The notes: generated by a model from the letters alone, not told the origin. A DNA stretch of 57,774 bases from Atractiella rhizophila (GCA_021432655.1 MU271295.1:46657-104430); one strand, 5' to 3'; positions 1 to 12,415 are shown, counted from the stretch's first letter. Program-made: numbers and translations.

Positions 1-485
1 GGGTGAAGGACTTTTCCGTGTCATCGAGGGACGCAACTTTGCCAAATGTGATCAGTGACGTGCAGGAGAAAGAACTGACACGGTGTATCGCCCACCCCTT
101 CAAAGCTTGAGCTGCACCATCTCACCTTGTTGATATTCTCCACCATGAACACTGGACAGACTCAGAGCAATTCACGTAAAAACAAATCGTACTTGGGGAC
201 TTGCTCCGCGAAAGGAAAAGTTTGACGTGTTCGACTTGTAGTACGGACCGGGAAGTCCAAGCAGCGCTATGATCACTGGCATCAAACCTCCCTTACTGGG
301 ATGTAGCATAATTGAATCCATTGTAGTGTCCTGTCTCTCCGTTGAAATGAGTTGGGATCATTCAAAGATCTTTCCTTCACCAGAACATTCGACTCGGCGG
401 CCGTGACATCTTAGTTATGAATGTATATCCCGTTTTGTCCACATCGTAAAAGAGCGGCGGCCGTTTTGGCTGTTGTCGTCGACAT
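1..485 (-). CDS. Possible 5' part of a multi-exon gene running off the window start; product unknown
   Basis: ATG at 485 (MSTTTAKTAAALLR) followed on the minus strand by several donor-like (GTAAGG, GTACGA, GTGAGA) and acceptor-like sites. No recognisable domain; reading frame ambiguous. Confidence 0.25.
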
Positions 486-1712
486 CCCACGCTCCTTGTA
501 CTTTATACTCTTCCAGCAATGTAGGCACTCCATATCAAACGTAAACAGTGAGATTGTGCATAACTCATTCCTTGTCAAGCACCGATGCTATAGCGGACAT
601 AAGTGTGACTTCACCACCTTTGTCTTTGTGCATAGGAAGAAGGTACGCCATATTTCAGACCTTTTCTTCTTTTGATTTCAGGCGTCGTTCATACATCTCC
701 TTCTTTATTCTCAGACTAATGGAATGGCACTTGTATTTGTGATCAAGTGTCAGGCAGATCAACACATGAGGAATAAGTAAGCGGTTTTAGGAGACGTGAC
801 TGCCACTTTTGTGTAAACTGGTGCAAGAAAGAGAGCGAGAGGGCTTCTACAGCGGAGTTTGTCGCGTGATTCAATCGACACGTCAAGAATAAAGCAACTT
901 TAATGGCAACAGTTGTACAGTTTTCTTCTTCCTTTTGTTGCTTGTTGACAACTCCAGTGGGGTATAAAGGTGAAAAGAGGAGCATATATTAGACAGGATT
1001 TCAACCAATAACGACAAGCGTAAGTAGAACATTCGCACAGTTGTAAGCAGAAGCGGTATAGTAGTCAGGTAGAAGAATAAATGTCCAGTAGTTCACGAAC
1101 AGAGCAAGTTATTTCACGGCCATGATCGTTTTGCATATAGGACGATGATGACGATGATATCATCGATTGAGCGCCATTCGAGGACAGCAATACATATGCG
1201 GCTCTTCAGTTGAGAGAAAGTATGTTGGATAAGGCACAAATTATATCCTGACAAATATATACTGCACCACTTCCTTTATACATTACACTTTCTTTCAACA
1301 GCTGCTCCCACCCAATCAAGACGCTGAAGCGCGCCGCTTCTCGTGGTAGGAATCAAAAAAACGAAGCCTCAACCAAAATGAGCGCTTTCACGTTCCACAT
1401 CGTCCCAATTCAGGAAAGTCGGAGACCACAAATGCCAACTTTCCATCTATAAAGAAGCGCACCTGCTAGATGTCATAATGTCATACTGAGATCCAATCTC
1501 AGATTCTCTTTCCTTCCGCACCACCATTACAGTTATGGCCCTGTTGCTTCTAAATGCTTCACGCACTCTACATAATCTCAATCCAGCTTGAATATTGCCA
1601 CTCCTTTCCACCTTTCCTTTGCCTTTGGTTGGCAACACGGCTTTACTCTTTGGCTCATACCGACTGCAGCTCACAACAACGTCATCGCAACCTTGCTATC
1701 ATCGGTACCGCA

Positions 1713-4700
1713 ATGCCTCCGCCGCCAATTCACGAGCTTGACGGCACAAATCAGCAACAACCAAGTGCCTTTCGAAAGCCTTCGAGAGGCGTCTCGCCCA
1801 AGCCCATAAAAGTAGTATCAATATCGACCGAGCTAATGTCCAGCCAGAAAATAGAAGAGGCAGATGGGGAGCTGGAGCAGTTCAGGCAGGCAGTGGAGGA
1901 GGAGGTCACAAATGGACATTCCATGGGTGATAAGAGAGAGGGAAGCTCTAGTAGCTCTGGAAGCGTTACTGTGAGTTAATGTGTTTGATTGTGTGATTCT
2001 ATTCCTGTTCGATAAAATCGCCTTCGGAAGACTTAGCTGTGAGGCCACAACACCGTGTCGTAGGGAAACACAGCGTCCAGACCAATGTTCGCTCGTTTGA
2101 CTGCGTCGTATTACATGACGACCTTTATGTCTCTCTCTAGTTCACAATTTACCACCGGAGTGAATAGATTGGACATCAAGAAGATAGGGTTGATCATACG
2201 GATGCTTTTTTCACTGCCAATCGAACCTTGACAGTGCATTTCTTTTACTGCCTGCATAAATTAAGTTCCTCATTCCTCAAGGGATTGAATCAAGTTGAAA
2301 GTACGGTAATCGACAAGATATGAGTTATTGATCTGGCATCATTGATCATGGCATCGGATTGAACAGACAGCGTGCTGTGTTGACTGGAAAGAAGAAGCGC
2401 CGTGTGAGAGACCAAGGGGGAAACTCGCAACAGCGGCGCAATAATAGTACACAGGATGGGGAAAGTTTGTGTGCCTTGTAGTCACTGGTGTCATAATGCA
2501 CATAACCCGCGACAGTCTTCTCATTTTTCGATTCTTCCCAACCCAAAGAAAGTGCAGATTTCGCGAAGCTCCATCCACGAAGATCTTTCTCGCACATTTC
2601 GAGTTAAATGCTCAATCAAAACCCCTTCCGCCATTTTAGCGGTGGGCATACAGTGATCGCCATGACATGCATTCAATTCAGAAAGGACATTGCTCATCCA
2701 ATTGCTCACAGACGCTTGTTTCACCTCTTCCCCCAACCGTCAAACTAAGAAAGCGACGATCTCTCGATCCTCCTCGCCACGAAGCTTCCTCACCACCTCG
2801 AGGGAACGGGACCTCGTCGCGCTTCCGCACCCTCCCCCGATCCTTCACCCTCTCCCGCGCCGCCCGTCCAGCTGATCTCTCGTCTCTACCTTCCACTTCC
2901 TACGTTGACCTGCACCACGGCTCTGTCTCAAGGGCCACAAAGGACCTTCCTCCGCTCCCAGAGCACACAGCGATGGGGAGGGATCGGTCAAAGAGCTCGC
3001 CTACGGGATGGGTTTCAGGCAAGAGAAGGCCCAGAATCATGACGATGAGCCAATTGAGGACTTTGACTTATCTCACCGGTCCGCACTTTACGGATGATGG
3101 CATGATACCGCCGTCGTCACCGATCGTCCGAGACTCGAAGTTGAAGGCACCCGGTATTAGGGTCGTTGATGACGAGGGGGAGACGGTGGGGAAGATTCTG
3201 TCGAGAAGAGGGACAGAGGGTACTGAGACGGAGGGGGAGGGAGAGACCGCTGGGGAGACAGAGGACGAAAGGGAGGGGCTCTTGAAACCTCCTTCTTTTA
3301 CCCCGCCCTCGAGGAGCCTCACATCGTCACCCAAGCATTCGGCATACGGTACGATGGGAGCGAAGGAGCCTTCTCCGATTGCATTCTATTCGACCGCTCG
3401 AGGGAAGAGCGGACCTGTGAAGCCATTAGTAAAGAAGAGACAGCATCTGAAAGTGTGGTGGATCCAAGCGCGCTCTTTCGTCATCTCCACCTTCTTTCTC
3501 ATCTTCATCGTCATTTGGGCACTCTCGTCCCGCTTCCTCTCCTGGTCCTTCGAAAAGACTGTTTCCTTTCTCTCTCCGTTTGCGTGGTGGGACTGGATTC
3601 TGGGAAAGGGTAAGAAGGAAGTTCCGGAGTGGGAGAGAATTGCGAAGAAAAAGTATGCGAACGAGAAATGCACGAATAGTGTTAGGTACTATGCTCAGAA
3701 TTGTGGGTACGACATCGAGGAGCAAACGATAACGACAGAGGATGGATACCATCTTCGTATCCATCGGGTCATTGTTCCCGGTAGGGAGAGTGTCGACGCG
3801 CGAGGTGATGGGAAAGGGGGTTGGCCAGTGCTCATTCAACATGGCTTATTCCAGTCGTCCGGATCTTTCATAACTTCCGAAGAACGCTCACTCGCCTTCT
3901 GGCTCGCGAGTAAGGGTGGCTACCAGGTTTACCTTTCCAATTCAAGAGGCGTATTTGGCATGGGTCATGAGAGCATAAGAAGAGAAGACCCTCGGTTTTG
4001 GGATTACAATATCAAAGAGTTGGCTATCTATGATCTCCCAGCAGTCGTCGAACATGTGAAGAAAGAAACAGGTTATGAAAAGGTTGCCTTCATTGGCCAC
4101 TCGCAAGGAAACGCAACAATGTTTTGTTCACTTGGTGTGTCGTCTCTCCTCTCATCTTGGTTGCAGCTGATGCAAGGTAGCTACGGGGATGGTCCCATCC
4201 CTCGGCTCTTCCCTCTCCGTCTTCGTAGCCCTAGCACCAGCAGTCTACGCAGGTTAGTCATCTATTGCTCCTTCCATATCAATTGCTTAGCTTCGTTCAT
4301 TAGGACCACTTACGTCCGGCTTCCCCTTTGGAGCGTTAAAAAGCATGAAATGGACGACCTGGCGTCGGGTCTTTGGGGTGCTCGACTTCATACCACTCAT
4401 GCGAATCGCTTATGATTACACGCCTTCGAAACCTTTCGGATTATTGGGATACCAGATGTTCGCCTTCCTCTTCAATTGGACCGACAAGAATTGGCTCGAG
4501 CGCAGAAAGGCCAAGAAGTTTAGATTCACTCCAACCCCAGTGAGCTCAGCCGGCATCTTCTGGTGGACTGGTTTTGAGGGATTTTCGACGAGGGGTTGCG
4601 TCCTTGACCCTGCAGTACGTCATCGTTCTTCCATCAAGGTGTAAATGTACTAATTAGGGCGGTAAGGTTGACAAATGGTGGGACGAGAACTTTCCTCCAC

Positions 4701-5076
4701 TTTCCATTTACTATGGTGGAATGGACTATCTGGGTTAGCTCCCTGACTGTCACTCCCGTCACGCTGATGCTAACACAAATCGTAGTTCGTACGGAGCCTC
4801 TATTAGAAAGGCTGAAGAACACAGAGTTGGATGTCGATCTAATCCGAGTCGACAGAATGGATGACGGCGAGCATTGTGATTTTTTCTGGTCAGTTATTTC
4901 AACCTCATTCGATCCATAGCGTTAAATGTCGGGACGGGCGAACAGGCATAGAGACGCTGTGGAGCTGGTGTTCGGAAAGATTTTGGGTTCGTATTCACTT
5001 ACCTCGTTTCCTTAATGGAATACTAAAGGGAGATGCAGAGGATATTGAGAGTACAAAGACACGGGAGAGTGCTTGA
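1713..5076 (+). CDS. Alpha/beta-hydrolase lipase, acid lipase/sterol esterase family (Tgl1/Yeh-like), with long disordered N-terminus and a TM segment
   Basis: Motifs TEDGYHLRIHRV, PVLIQHGLFQSSGSF, YDLPAVVEHV, nucleophile GHSQG, GGMDYLV (Asp) and DGEHCDFFW (His) across spliced exons; stop at 5074-5076. First exon 1713-1970 joins in phase 0 to 2712 through intron 1971-2711 (GTGAGT...CTCACAG); this 5' exon is less certain. Confidence 0.87.
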
Positions 5077-5487
5077 ATTGACGTTGCGTGCATGCCGTTT
5101 AGATTATCTGCGATTGAGATCACAAGCAATTCTGGGATTGGATATTATGTGTCACTTATTCTCGTTCTGGTTCCAATAGCTCTGAGGGGATACCAAAAGT
5201 GCCGTAGACTTTGTATATACTGCAAATATTGATATTACCATTACTGGAAGATTCTGATCTAGAAAAGATTCTGTTCCAAGTTGCTTTTGTTTTGTCTGGA
5301 CAAGTCACTTGAGCTATGGCTCAGCAGGTCATTCTCCCACATTCACATGAAGCCTTCTGGGTTACTCTCTTCTACTAGGAAGTCGCAAAAGGAGCGCGTT
5401 CACAACATCTAAGGTATAAATCGAAATACAATTTTTGACGTCAATATTGGACAGCATTTCGCTCGCTTCTCCTGGTTTCTGGCCTTT

Positions 5488-6937
5488 TTATGCCCAATAG
5501 CCTATTCGTCTGATCAACAGGGACCAAAGGATATGTGTTGGAGACAGACCTAGAAGTGCCATCAATCCAGCTCCCAGAAGGATGTTTCCAACTGCAAACA
5601 AAACTTTCCAGGTTGGAGCTTTTCTCATGGTATCGCTGAAAATGAACTCGTGTGCAAGGAGTTCAACCAGTCCTGCAGAAATTATGTTCATGCTTTCTTG
5701 AAGCTGACTGAACGGAGCGATTGACGCACCAGTATAGAGAAGGATTCCGCTCGACAAAGCGTCCAGGACTCCAGAAACAATTGAGGCCGTAGTTGACTCT
5801 GGGTTGTAAGAGGTTCGTACACCAAGACCGATTGCAAGTGCTGAATCTCACAATCAGTGACAAAATCACTCGAGAATGTAGCAGAAACTACGAACACAGT
5901 GGGGTCGCCAGGGAGTAAGCAATACCCCCCAGCCAAGGTATCAATGAACTTCTAGGGAGAGGCAACATCGCAAGCCGGGCTCCTAATCCTAAAGCCTCGA
6001 AAGTTTCTGGGGGATTTTTCAGTGACGACAACAGATATTCACGATGCTAACGCACGATGAAAAATGATAACAATAAAAAGCGTAGTGAACTCATTTGTTA
6101 CTCCGAGGGTTAACCCGATGACGACGGAATGGAAAATAACCTACAATCATTCCTCCAGCTCTGCGTAACAGGTCAAGGCAAGAGAAACTTACTCCGAATT
6201 CAAGGATCGCAACACCGAGGATCTGTGCGGAGGGTGTAGAGGCAGTCTCCAAGAATTCTTTCCCTTCTATCGAACCTTTCGATAAGGCGTAGTCCGAATC
6301 TGCCTTGTCTGTCTTCGCAGCGCCGTCAAGATGACCACCTCCCACTTCGGGACCATGAGCAGCAAAGGAATGTGAATGGGGATCGTAGGGCTGACTGCTG
6401 CCGTTGAAGAAATCAGAACCGAGGCGGAAAGCGAAGAGTTCGACCAGGAAAATTGCGAAGACTGCAGCCATAGAGAGTGCTGCCGCCCAGGGATAAGTCG
6501 TCCATCTATGAGGATCTTTAGTAAAGTGATCGATTGCAAAAGAAGAAACCAGAATAAACGCACGCTCCACTTAAGCATTCCGATCCCAGCTCTTCGAAAG
6601 CTGGGGTAAGCAACTACCACTGGCTATCAGTTATATCTCAGTAGCGTGGGAGGAAATGCACATGAATGAAAGCTGTGGCAATGATCACTCCCGACCCAAA
6701 ATATTTTGCAGTATCATAAGCTATAGTTGGCACCTTCAGCGAAGGAAATCGCCTGGCAGCGATAGGGAAAGCGGTTCCTATTCGACATCAATCCCTGGCC
6801 GCTGGTATAAAAGGAAAGTGCACACCAGCAAAAGAGGTAATGAAGATGATAAAAATTCCTCCAATCCTCAGCCCCAGTCTACCATCATAATCGTTACCAG
6901 ATCCACAATTGATTTCCTCCACTTCGATGTCGGCCAT
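5488..6937 (-). CDS. ZIP-family zinc/iron permease (Zrt1/Zrt2-like)
   Basis: Spliced translation: MADIEVEEINCGSGNDYDGRLGLRIGGIFII...KYFGSGVIIATAFIH|LLTPAFEELG...His-containing loop (PHSHSFAAHG)...ILEFG|VIFHSVVIGLTLG...FHQTFEALGLG...SSGILLYT...ALLG..WA; all typical of fungal ZIP transporters. Confidence 0.93.
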
Positions 6938-7064
6938 TTTGGTTCTCGGGAAACAGCTAAACAAACAAACGACTGGAATAAAGTCGAAGAGCTCGATGTA
7001 TAGAAGCTTCAGGATTTGATTGTCTGCTGTTTAAATACTGAGGGCCAAAAAACCAGAGACCATG

Positions 7065-7075
7065 ACCGCTAAGGT
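7065..7075. promoter_or_regulatory. Zinc-responsive element (ZRE)-like site upstream of the ZIP transporter
   Basis: ACCGCTAAGGT has one mismatch to the yeast Zap1 ZRE consensus ACCYYNAAGGT; it lies ~130 bp upstream of the ZIP ATG and just upstream of a minus-strand TATTTAAA (7030-7037). Confidence 0.35.
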
Positions 7076-8196
7076 ACTCAATTTCAAAATATTGCAACAT
7101 CGCACTCAACATCGCGCATCTTGGCACGCTCCGGCTCCTTCAGCACAGACAGCAGCAAGTAGGTCTGTGAGCTGTGAGGCCTGGGAATCCTATGAGGTTC
7201 GTGAATCTTTATAGCAGTCTGGTGGAGCTGTCGTGCAGCGGTCCAAATATCGACCTTCTCCAATGGTAACTACCCCATTCGCTTTAAGAAATTTCATTCC
7301 TCAGTCAACTACCAGCCCTAAGATAGAGAGCACGTCACCTCTGCCTGTTACCTTTGTGCTCATAAAGGTCACACCTCGCTTCTGGATGAAGACACAATCA
7401 ACCACGTTTTCTCATTAAGCCCATGTCATGAAAATAGTAATTTTTCAGTAACGCTAGTAAAATGAACATCTATTGTACATAATACTTCATCCGGATGCTC
7501 CGTCAAGCTTACTCTCTACCCTGTCGCAACTGGACGAGATGGCACACCGTTGTTATATTGTTCACCACAACACAACCTCTGCAGCTTAAGAAACATGCGT
7601 TGGCCCAGTCGTATCACAAGCCGGTCACCCTGTATGAAGCAGAATCGTTAGCTCATGTTTCCGAAATCTTCGAAATAACAATCTGGCTCCTTTCAGATAC
7701 CGTTGTAGTTTAAAGAAAGAGATTCTCGTCATTAGTCGAGACTTCAACTAGTGTGAATACAAATCTTTCTATCATCATTCAAGGAAAAAGCAAACTTGTC
7801 AGAGGGGAGAAGGCGCTACTCACCATGTCATTCAACAATCCTGCTTCCTGCCCAACGAAAAAAATGTACAGATCTCTCAGTAGTCAACTGAAGCCGTCAA
7901 TAAAATGCGTCTACATGTCAACGCCATCAACTTGTTGAAAGGGAGCCACTAGGCAATCTGGTTGCAAGTTCTCGTGGTTCGGTTTGTAAAATTTTTCAGC
8001 GCATGTCTCGGTTTGTCACGAGTTGTCCAAGATTCTTCGGAGCCGTGGGAACAGTACCCTTGCCCAGCAATGCTCGCAAGAGTTGGTTTCGATGGATGGG
8101 ATTCATTGCAAATGATCACTAGATGACTGCCGAGAATGATAGAATGGACATATCAAAGGAACAGAGTCACAATTTGGACACGAAACAAAACGGAGT

Positions 8197-8952
8197 TTAA
8201 GAATGTTCTACCTTCCTAAAGAACTCATGCACCTTCTTCCTCTCCTCCTCCAACGTCCAACCTATCTCGTTATTCCTCCCAGTACCTACAAGCCATCCTA
8301 GCCTAGCTATCATGGCTCTAACGTGTGCCTTCCGCTCCACTGAAAGTTCCTCGAACCAGGGCTCGTCCTTGTTTATCAGTGTTTGAAAGCTGGGAGGGAT
8401 GGGCGACTGGGAGGTTTGAAAATGCATGAGAAATGGGCAGCCGGCAGCCGGGTTCGAAACATGAGCAGCGACTTGCGGTTGAGACGAATAATGAGATGCA
8501 GATCGCGAAGGTGGAATCGTATGCGGTGACACAAGAGGCTGAACATGAGGAGGAGGAAGGAGACCGGGAGGAGTATCAAGATAGTAGGTTGTCTTCGCGC
8601 GGCGTCAGCGGGGCACCATCGTGAACTAGAAAAGGAATACCGATTTCTGCTCCTTCTGGTTCCAAATCGTAAAGCTTTCCCCCTCCTCGGTTCCATTCGA
8701 GGAGGCCGTCATGTCCCTCTCCCAGCTCTTCCAGCTCCCACTTCCACCCGCGCTCTCCCCACTAAAACTGCTCGCGTCATCCTCTTTATCTCCCTCTATA
8801 AGCGTCGGAAGGCTCGGATGTGTATGTGACGTTTTTCGTCTCTTGAACGACTCGTCCACCTTCTTGAAGTTGGAAGAGTTGAGTTGCAGGTGCATGTTTG
8901 AGAAATCGCCCACAGTTCGACGTGTCATGTCTGCGTAGGAAGTAAAGGCCAT
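8197..8952 (-). CDS. Hypothetical two-exon protein
   Basis: ORF 8626-8952 (ATG) joins the 8197 frame through an intron GTATTC...GCTGAC...GAAG. Low-complexity Ser/Pro-rich middle and a helical C-terminus (EPWFEELSVERKAHVRAMIARLGWLVG). Confidence 0.6.
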
Positions 8953-9830
8953 TTTAAAGACCGTATAGTATTTTAAAGCAACTAGTTGGTTGAAACCAAT
9001 AAAGGAACAAATGGTGGTGGCGGTTTAAGGTTGGCACTGTTGTCTCTTGTTTGCAAACAAAGCCTGACTAAAACCGATTTTGATTCCGGATGGACGCCAA
9101 ACTGTGCAGGGATGTCGTCAGTAAACAACACAGAACATTAGGGCAAAAATTGAAAAAATAGATATTATGAATGATTGGTCGCAATCGCATACAGTGCACG
9201 TTCGGCGGAATGAATGTTGTCAAGGAGAAAGAAAGAGAATCACGTGACCTATGCTGAAGAGTGGGATAGATTAACAAAGCTCTGCGGAGACCTGCTCAGT
9301 ATCAGCAGACAAGCACCAAAACATTCTGAGTAGACACACCCTTCTTCAGAGCACATGAATGATAAAAGATATAAAGTCAGTAGTCAGGGCACAAGACGTC
9401 TTGCCCAAAAAAGCTAACACCAGTCACATCCACTTCTCCCTCCTCCTTGGTAAGGCAACAACAGAACAGAGCATAATGTTGTTCAAAGAAGCGTCACCTT
9501 CGACTCCATTTGAAATGTAGATGTAATAAACCATATGCAGGGAAACAATGCAGGACACAATGCCAGAAATCACTTTAGAGCATGTTGACTCAGATTCAAG
9601 TTCCTCAAAACACTTATATACTGTTGCGTCTTAACATTTGCACTAGAAGGACAACAGATGAGTGGAGTAGCCCGAAAATGGCATATTAGCAGCAAGAAAA
9701 TTCTGCTGCAAAGTCGTTGCGGTAAGCCAGGTCACGGAACTTCTGATTTTGTTGTCATTCATGTAACATCAAGACAAACCAACTTCAAGCCTATTTCAAC
9801 CTAAACCAGCTAGGAAAATGCGGTACATAC

Positions 9831-10064
9831 CTATGTCCTCAATCTGGTCCTATCCTTCAGCTCCAGCGCTTTTGGTGCATCACCACTAAATTTGTCAAGC
9901 TTTTCCGTTCGCTCTTTAAGCTCATCCCGCCCTTTACTAAGAAAATACATAGTCGACGTAGCTACAATCACTGTCGAGAGACCAACGGCAAGTCGTGCTC
10001 GGTTTGCGTCGCTCATTCGAACTCGCATTTTGGGAGGTGGGGGTGGAGGTCGTCTTGTAGGCAT
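9831..10064 (-). CDS. Small (77 aa) single-pass membrane protein, unknown function
   Basis: ATG, basic/Pro-rich N-terminus, one hydrophobic stretch (LAVGLSTVIVATSTMYFL), charged C-terminus; donor GTATGT immediately after the stop. Confidence 0.55.
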   Translation of the reverse strand: MPTRRPPPPPPKMRVRMSDANRARLAVGLSTVIVATSTMYFLSKGRDELKERTEKLDKFSGDAPKALELKDRTRLRT

Positions 10065-10409
10065 TCCAAAGAGATTGACGCTGTTTCAGAGGGCGGCCTA
10101 GCTATGATGGAGGTGCAGAGTCTGAAGAATTAAAAGCGAGGTGCGGCTGAAATGTTGTTGCTGCGGGCATACATGGGGTACACATGCGACACTCACGTGC
10201 ATTACACGAGACCAGCTTTAACCAATGTTGGAGAGTATCCTATAATTCAGTTGGATCGTCCGACGTAGACTCACATTTTCATGCTCAGAGAAATACAGCC
10301 GATTAATGACAAAGTAGACCAAAGCACTATTGTCTGTTTCCGAACAACGAATAGGATTGACAACGGAAATACATTTGATGCCTCATTCAATGTCGAGAAC
10401 GTGAGAACG

Positions 10410-11590
10410 TCAAGGGCTGGCATCCTTTCTCTGCTCATGCGATGTTGAGTTGCCAGGTGCAACGAGTTCGACCTGACTTTCACTTCCTTGCCTAAGTCCC
10501 TGCCTCTCCTCGTCCGTTCCTCGCATCTTCTCATCCTTCCAATCCTGAGGTCCGTCGTACCCTGGCGGAGCCCCCCCCCCGCCGCAGCGAATCCTGGCGT
10601 AAAGCCTGGAGTGGAGGAATTATCATACTGATAGTTATACGCCGTCGGAGGGATGAAAGGCGGATCTCTTTCTTCTGGCGGTGGACCAGGCGGCGGGCCA
10701 TAATAAGGCCCAGTTTGTGTCACCCAAGGACCGTGCTGTAGAGGGATGTTACTGGGAGCGGTGTACGCCAGGAGGGAGGGGTTCAAAAGCTGCTGGTAGA
10801 ACGCAGCGACGGTCAGAGTGAAGAAAATGCCAAAGATCAGAGCTGCGATGAGCCAGCCGATGTCGTAGGCGGTCCCACGATCGAAGCGATTGTCGCAAAG
10901 GTCGCGCGCTTGGCTTTCCGTTAGGTTCCCGCTCGTGACCGTGTTGCCCTCAACTACAAGCACAGTGAGGAAGAGAGGAATTGAAGAAAGTGGGACGAAC
11001 AAGGCCCGTTGAATGTGACATTGTAATACGGTTCACCGACTTCGTTCAAGGAACAAACGTTGAGGTAGTCAGTCTGCAATATGGTGAGTTACTTTGTAAC
11101 ACATCGATGATAAACCTGCCTTGGTAATGAAGTGAACCACAAGGCGAAATATTTCAGCTCCGACAGCTATCGCAAGGGCGACAAAGCTGCCGATTGTGTA
11201 GATCCTAACAAGATTCAGTTTTGCCTGGAGGTAATCGTCAGCTCTTCGCTTCATCTGACTGAGCTCATAACCCACCCTCCAAGTCGCAAAGATGCCAAAA
11301 AGTTCGATCCCCACAACGACCTGCATCCACATCAGCAAAGGGAGGCTTGAACCAGGTAAGCATACGAAGAACAGGATTGCGATTATCAGAAAGTACAGCT
11401 TCCGCTTCGACGTCTCAAAGTCGACATTTCGGGATCGCAGGAGGGAGATGGCGCTGCCGAGGGCCCAAATGAAAGAAAGGAAGGTGACAAAGAGCACAAC
11501 AGGACGAAGGGATTGGGTGTAAACTCTGGCGATGACACGACTATACGCCGGCGGATTGTCCGGTGGTGGGCGAGCTTGAGGAGGTGGCAT
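10410..11590 (-). CDS. Multi-pass (~4 TM) membrane protein with PPxY motif and Pro-rich cytosolic tail
   Basis: Multi-exon; N-terminal PPAY, four hydrophobic segments, Cys-containing loop, C-terminal YYGPPPGPPP. The end is given for the frame restored across the G10 run at 10571-10580 (...APPGYDGPQDWKDEK...DASP*); as assembled the ORF ends at 10271. Confidence 0.68.
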
Positions 11591-11756
11591 TTTGGTGGGT
11601 CTAGGTGTTGTTTATCGTCAGCAAGTCAGGCGGTTTTATGGCACAAAGGAACATCATGAGTAGTTGAGCGAAACTTGGGCACGCAAGCAGCCAACTCTAG
11701 CTTCCTGACTGATGTGCAAATACGACGTAAGTTTCATTGTTGAGGTTGGATATAAT

Positions 11757-12415
11757 TCAAGCCTGCTGACGCACTGAATTCTCTGACCTCAAGACCTGAA
11801 GTAAATGGTGGAGACGCTTCGCCCCTCCTTCCCCTCTCAAGGCGAGCATGGATTGTAGAACCTCGCATACCCCTTCCAGGGCACTGCCCCAGCGATGCCA
11901 GGAAACGAACATACCGTAATGTCTACCTAATAACAGTGAGGATAGTCTTCCTCCAATATCCCAATGAATTTCTTCAGGTGTCCCGGTATAGAGGATGTTG
12001 CTTCCAACAATGAAGATGCCTGGCTGTGGTGGTGGTTTGTGTGAGTTTGTGTTCCCATTTTCGTCACGTGAAATGACCAATAAAGGCCTGCAAACTACAA
12101 ATAACCTGCAAAGAATGTTTGTCGCTTGGTACAGGACTTTACGGTATATTGTGCAAACAAGTTTTAAACCTTTTATGCTGTAATGGCACAACTGGGAAGT
12201 TCCAGCTGCTATTGGATTCTGTTGCTTTGCTCGCTTCAGGTTCGATTCTCTCCCTCGGCAGAGTTATCCTGTCGAATCCCGTACCCTCCCTTAAGGGAAG
12301 GTGTCGGCATTCGATAATTCTTCTACCTACGAATTCGGCGAAGTCTGGCAACAGAGCACGCTTTAGAAGAACAGGTGGCTTTTCAAGCTGAGATTGGGGG
12401 GGAAAGAGAAGTCAT
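11757..12415 (-). CDS. Possible hypothetical gene or pseudogene
   Basis: Overlapping minus-strand ORFs 12139-12351 and 11757-12191 have protein-like composition; the ATG at 12415 is in frame only if a C7 run (12396-12402) is C6. Confidence 0.25.

Noticed and set aside
236..270. HAM1/ITPase-like GLPGPY motif on the minus strand
   Set aside because: The flanking ITPase motifs (EDT before, IKWF after) are absent; probably chance.
12235..12300. tRNA T-loop-like GGTTCGATT and tmRNA-like GGATTCGAC
   Set aside because: No pairing T-stem or cloverleaf can be built; the region looks more like a decayed coding sequence.
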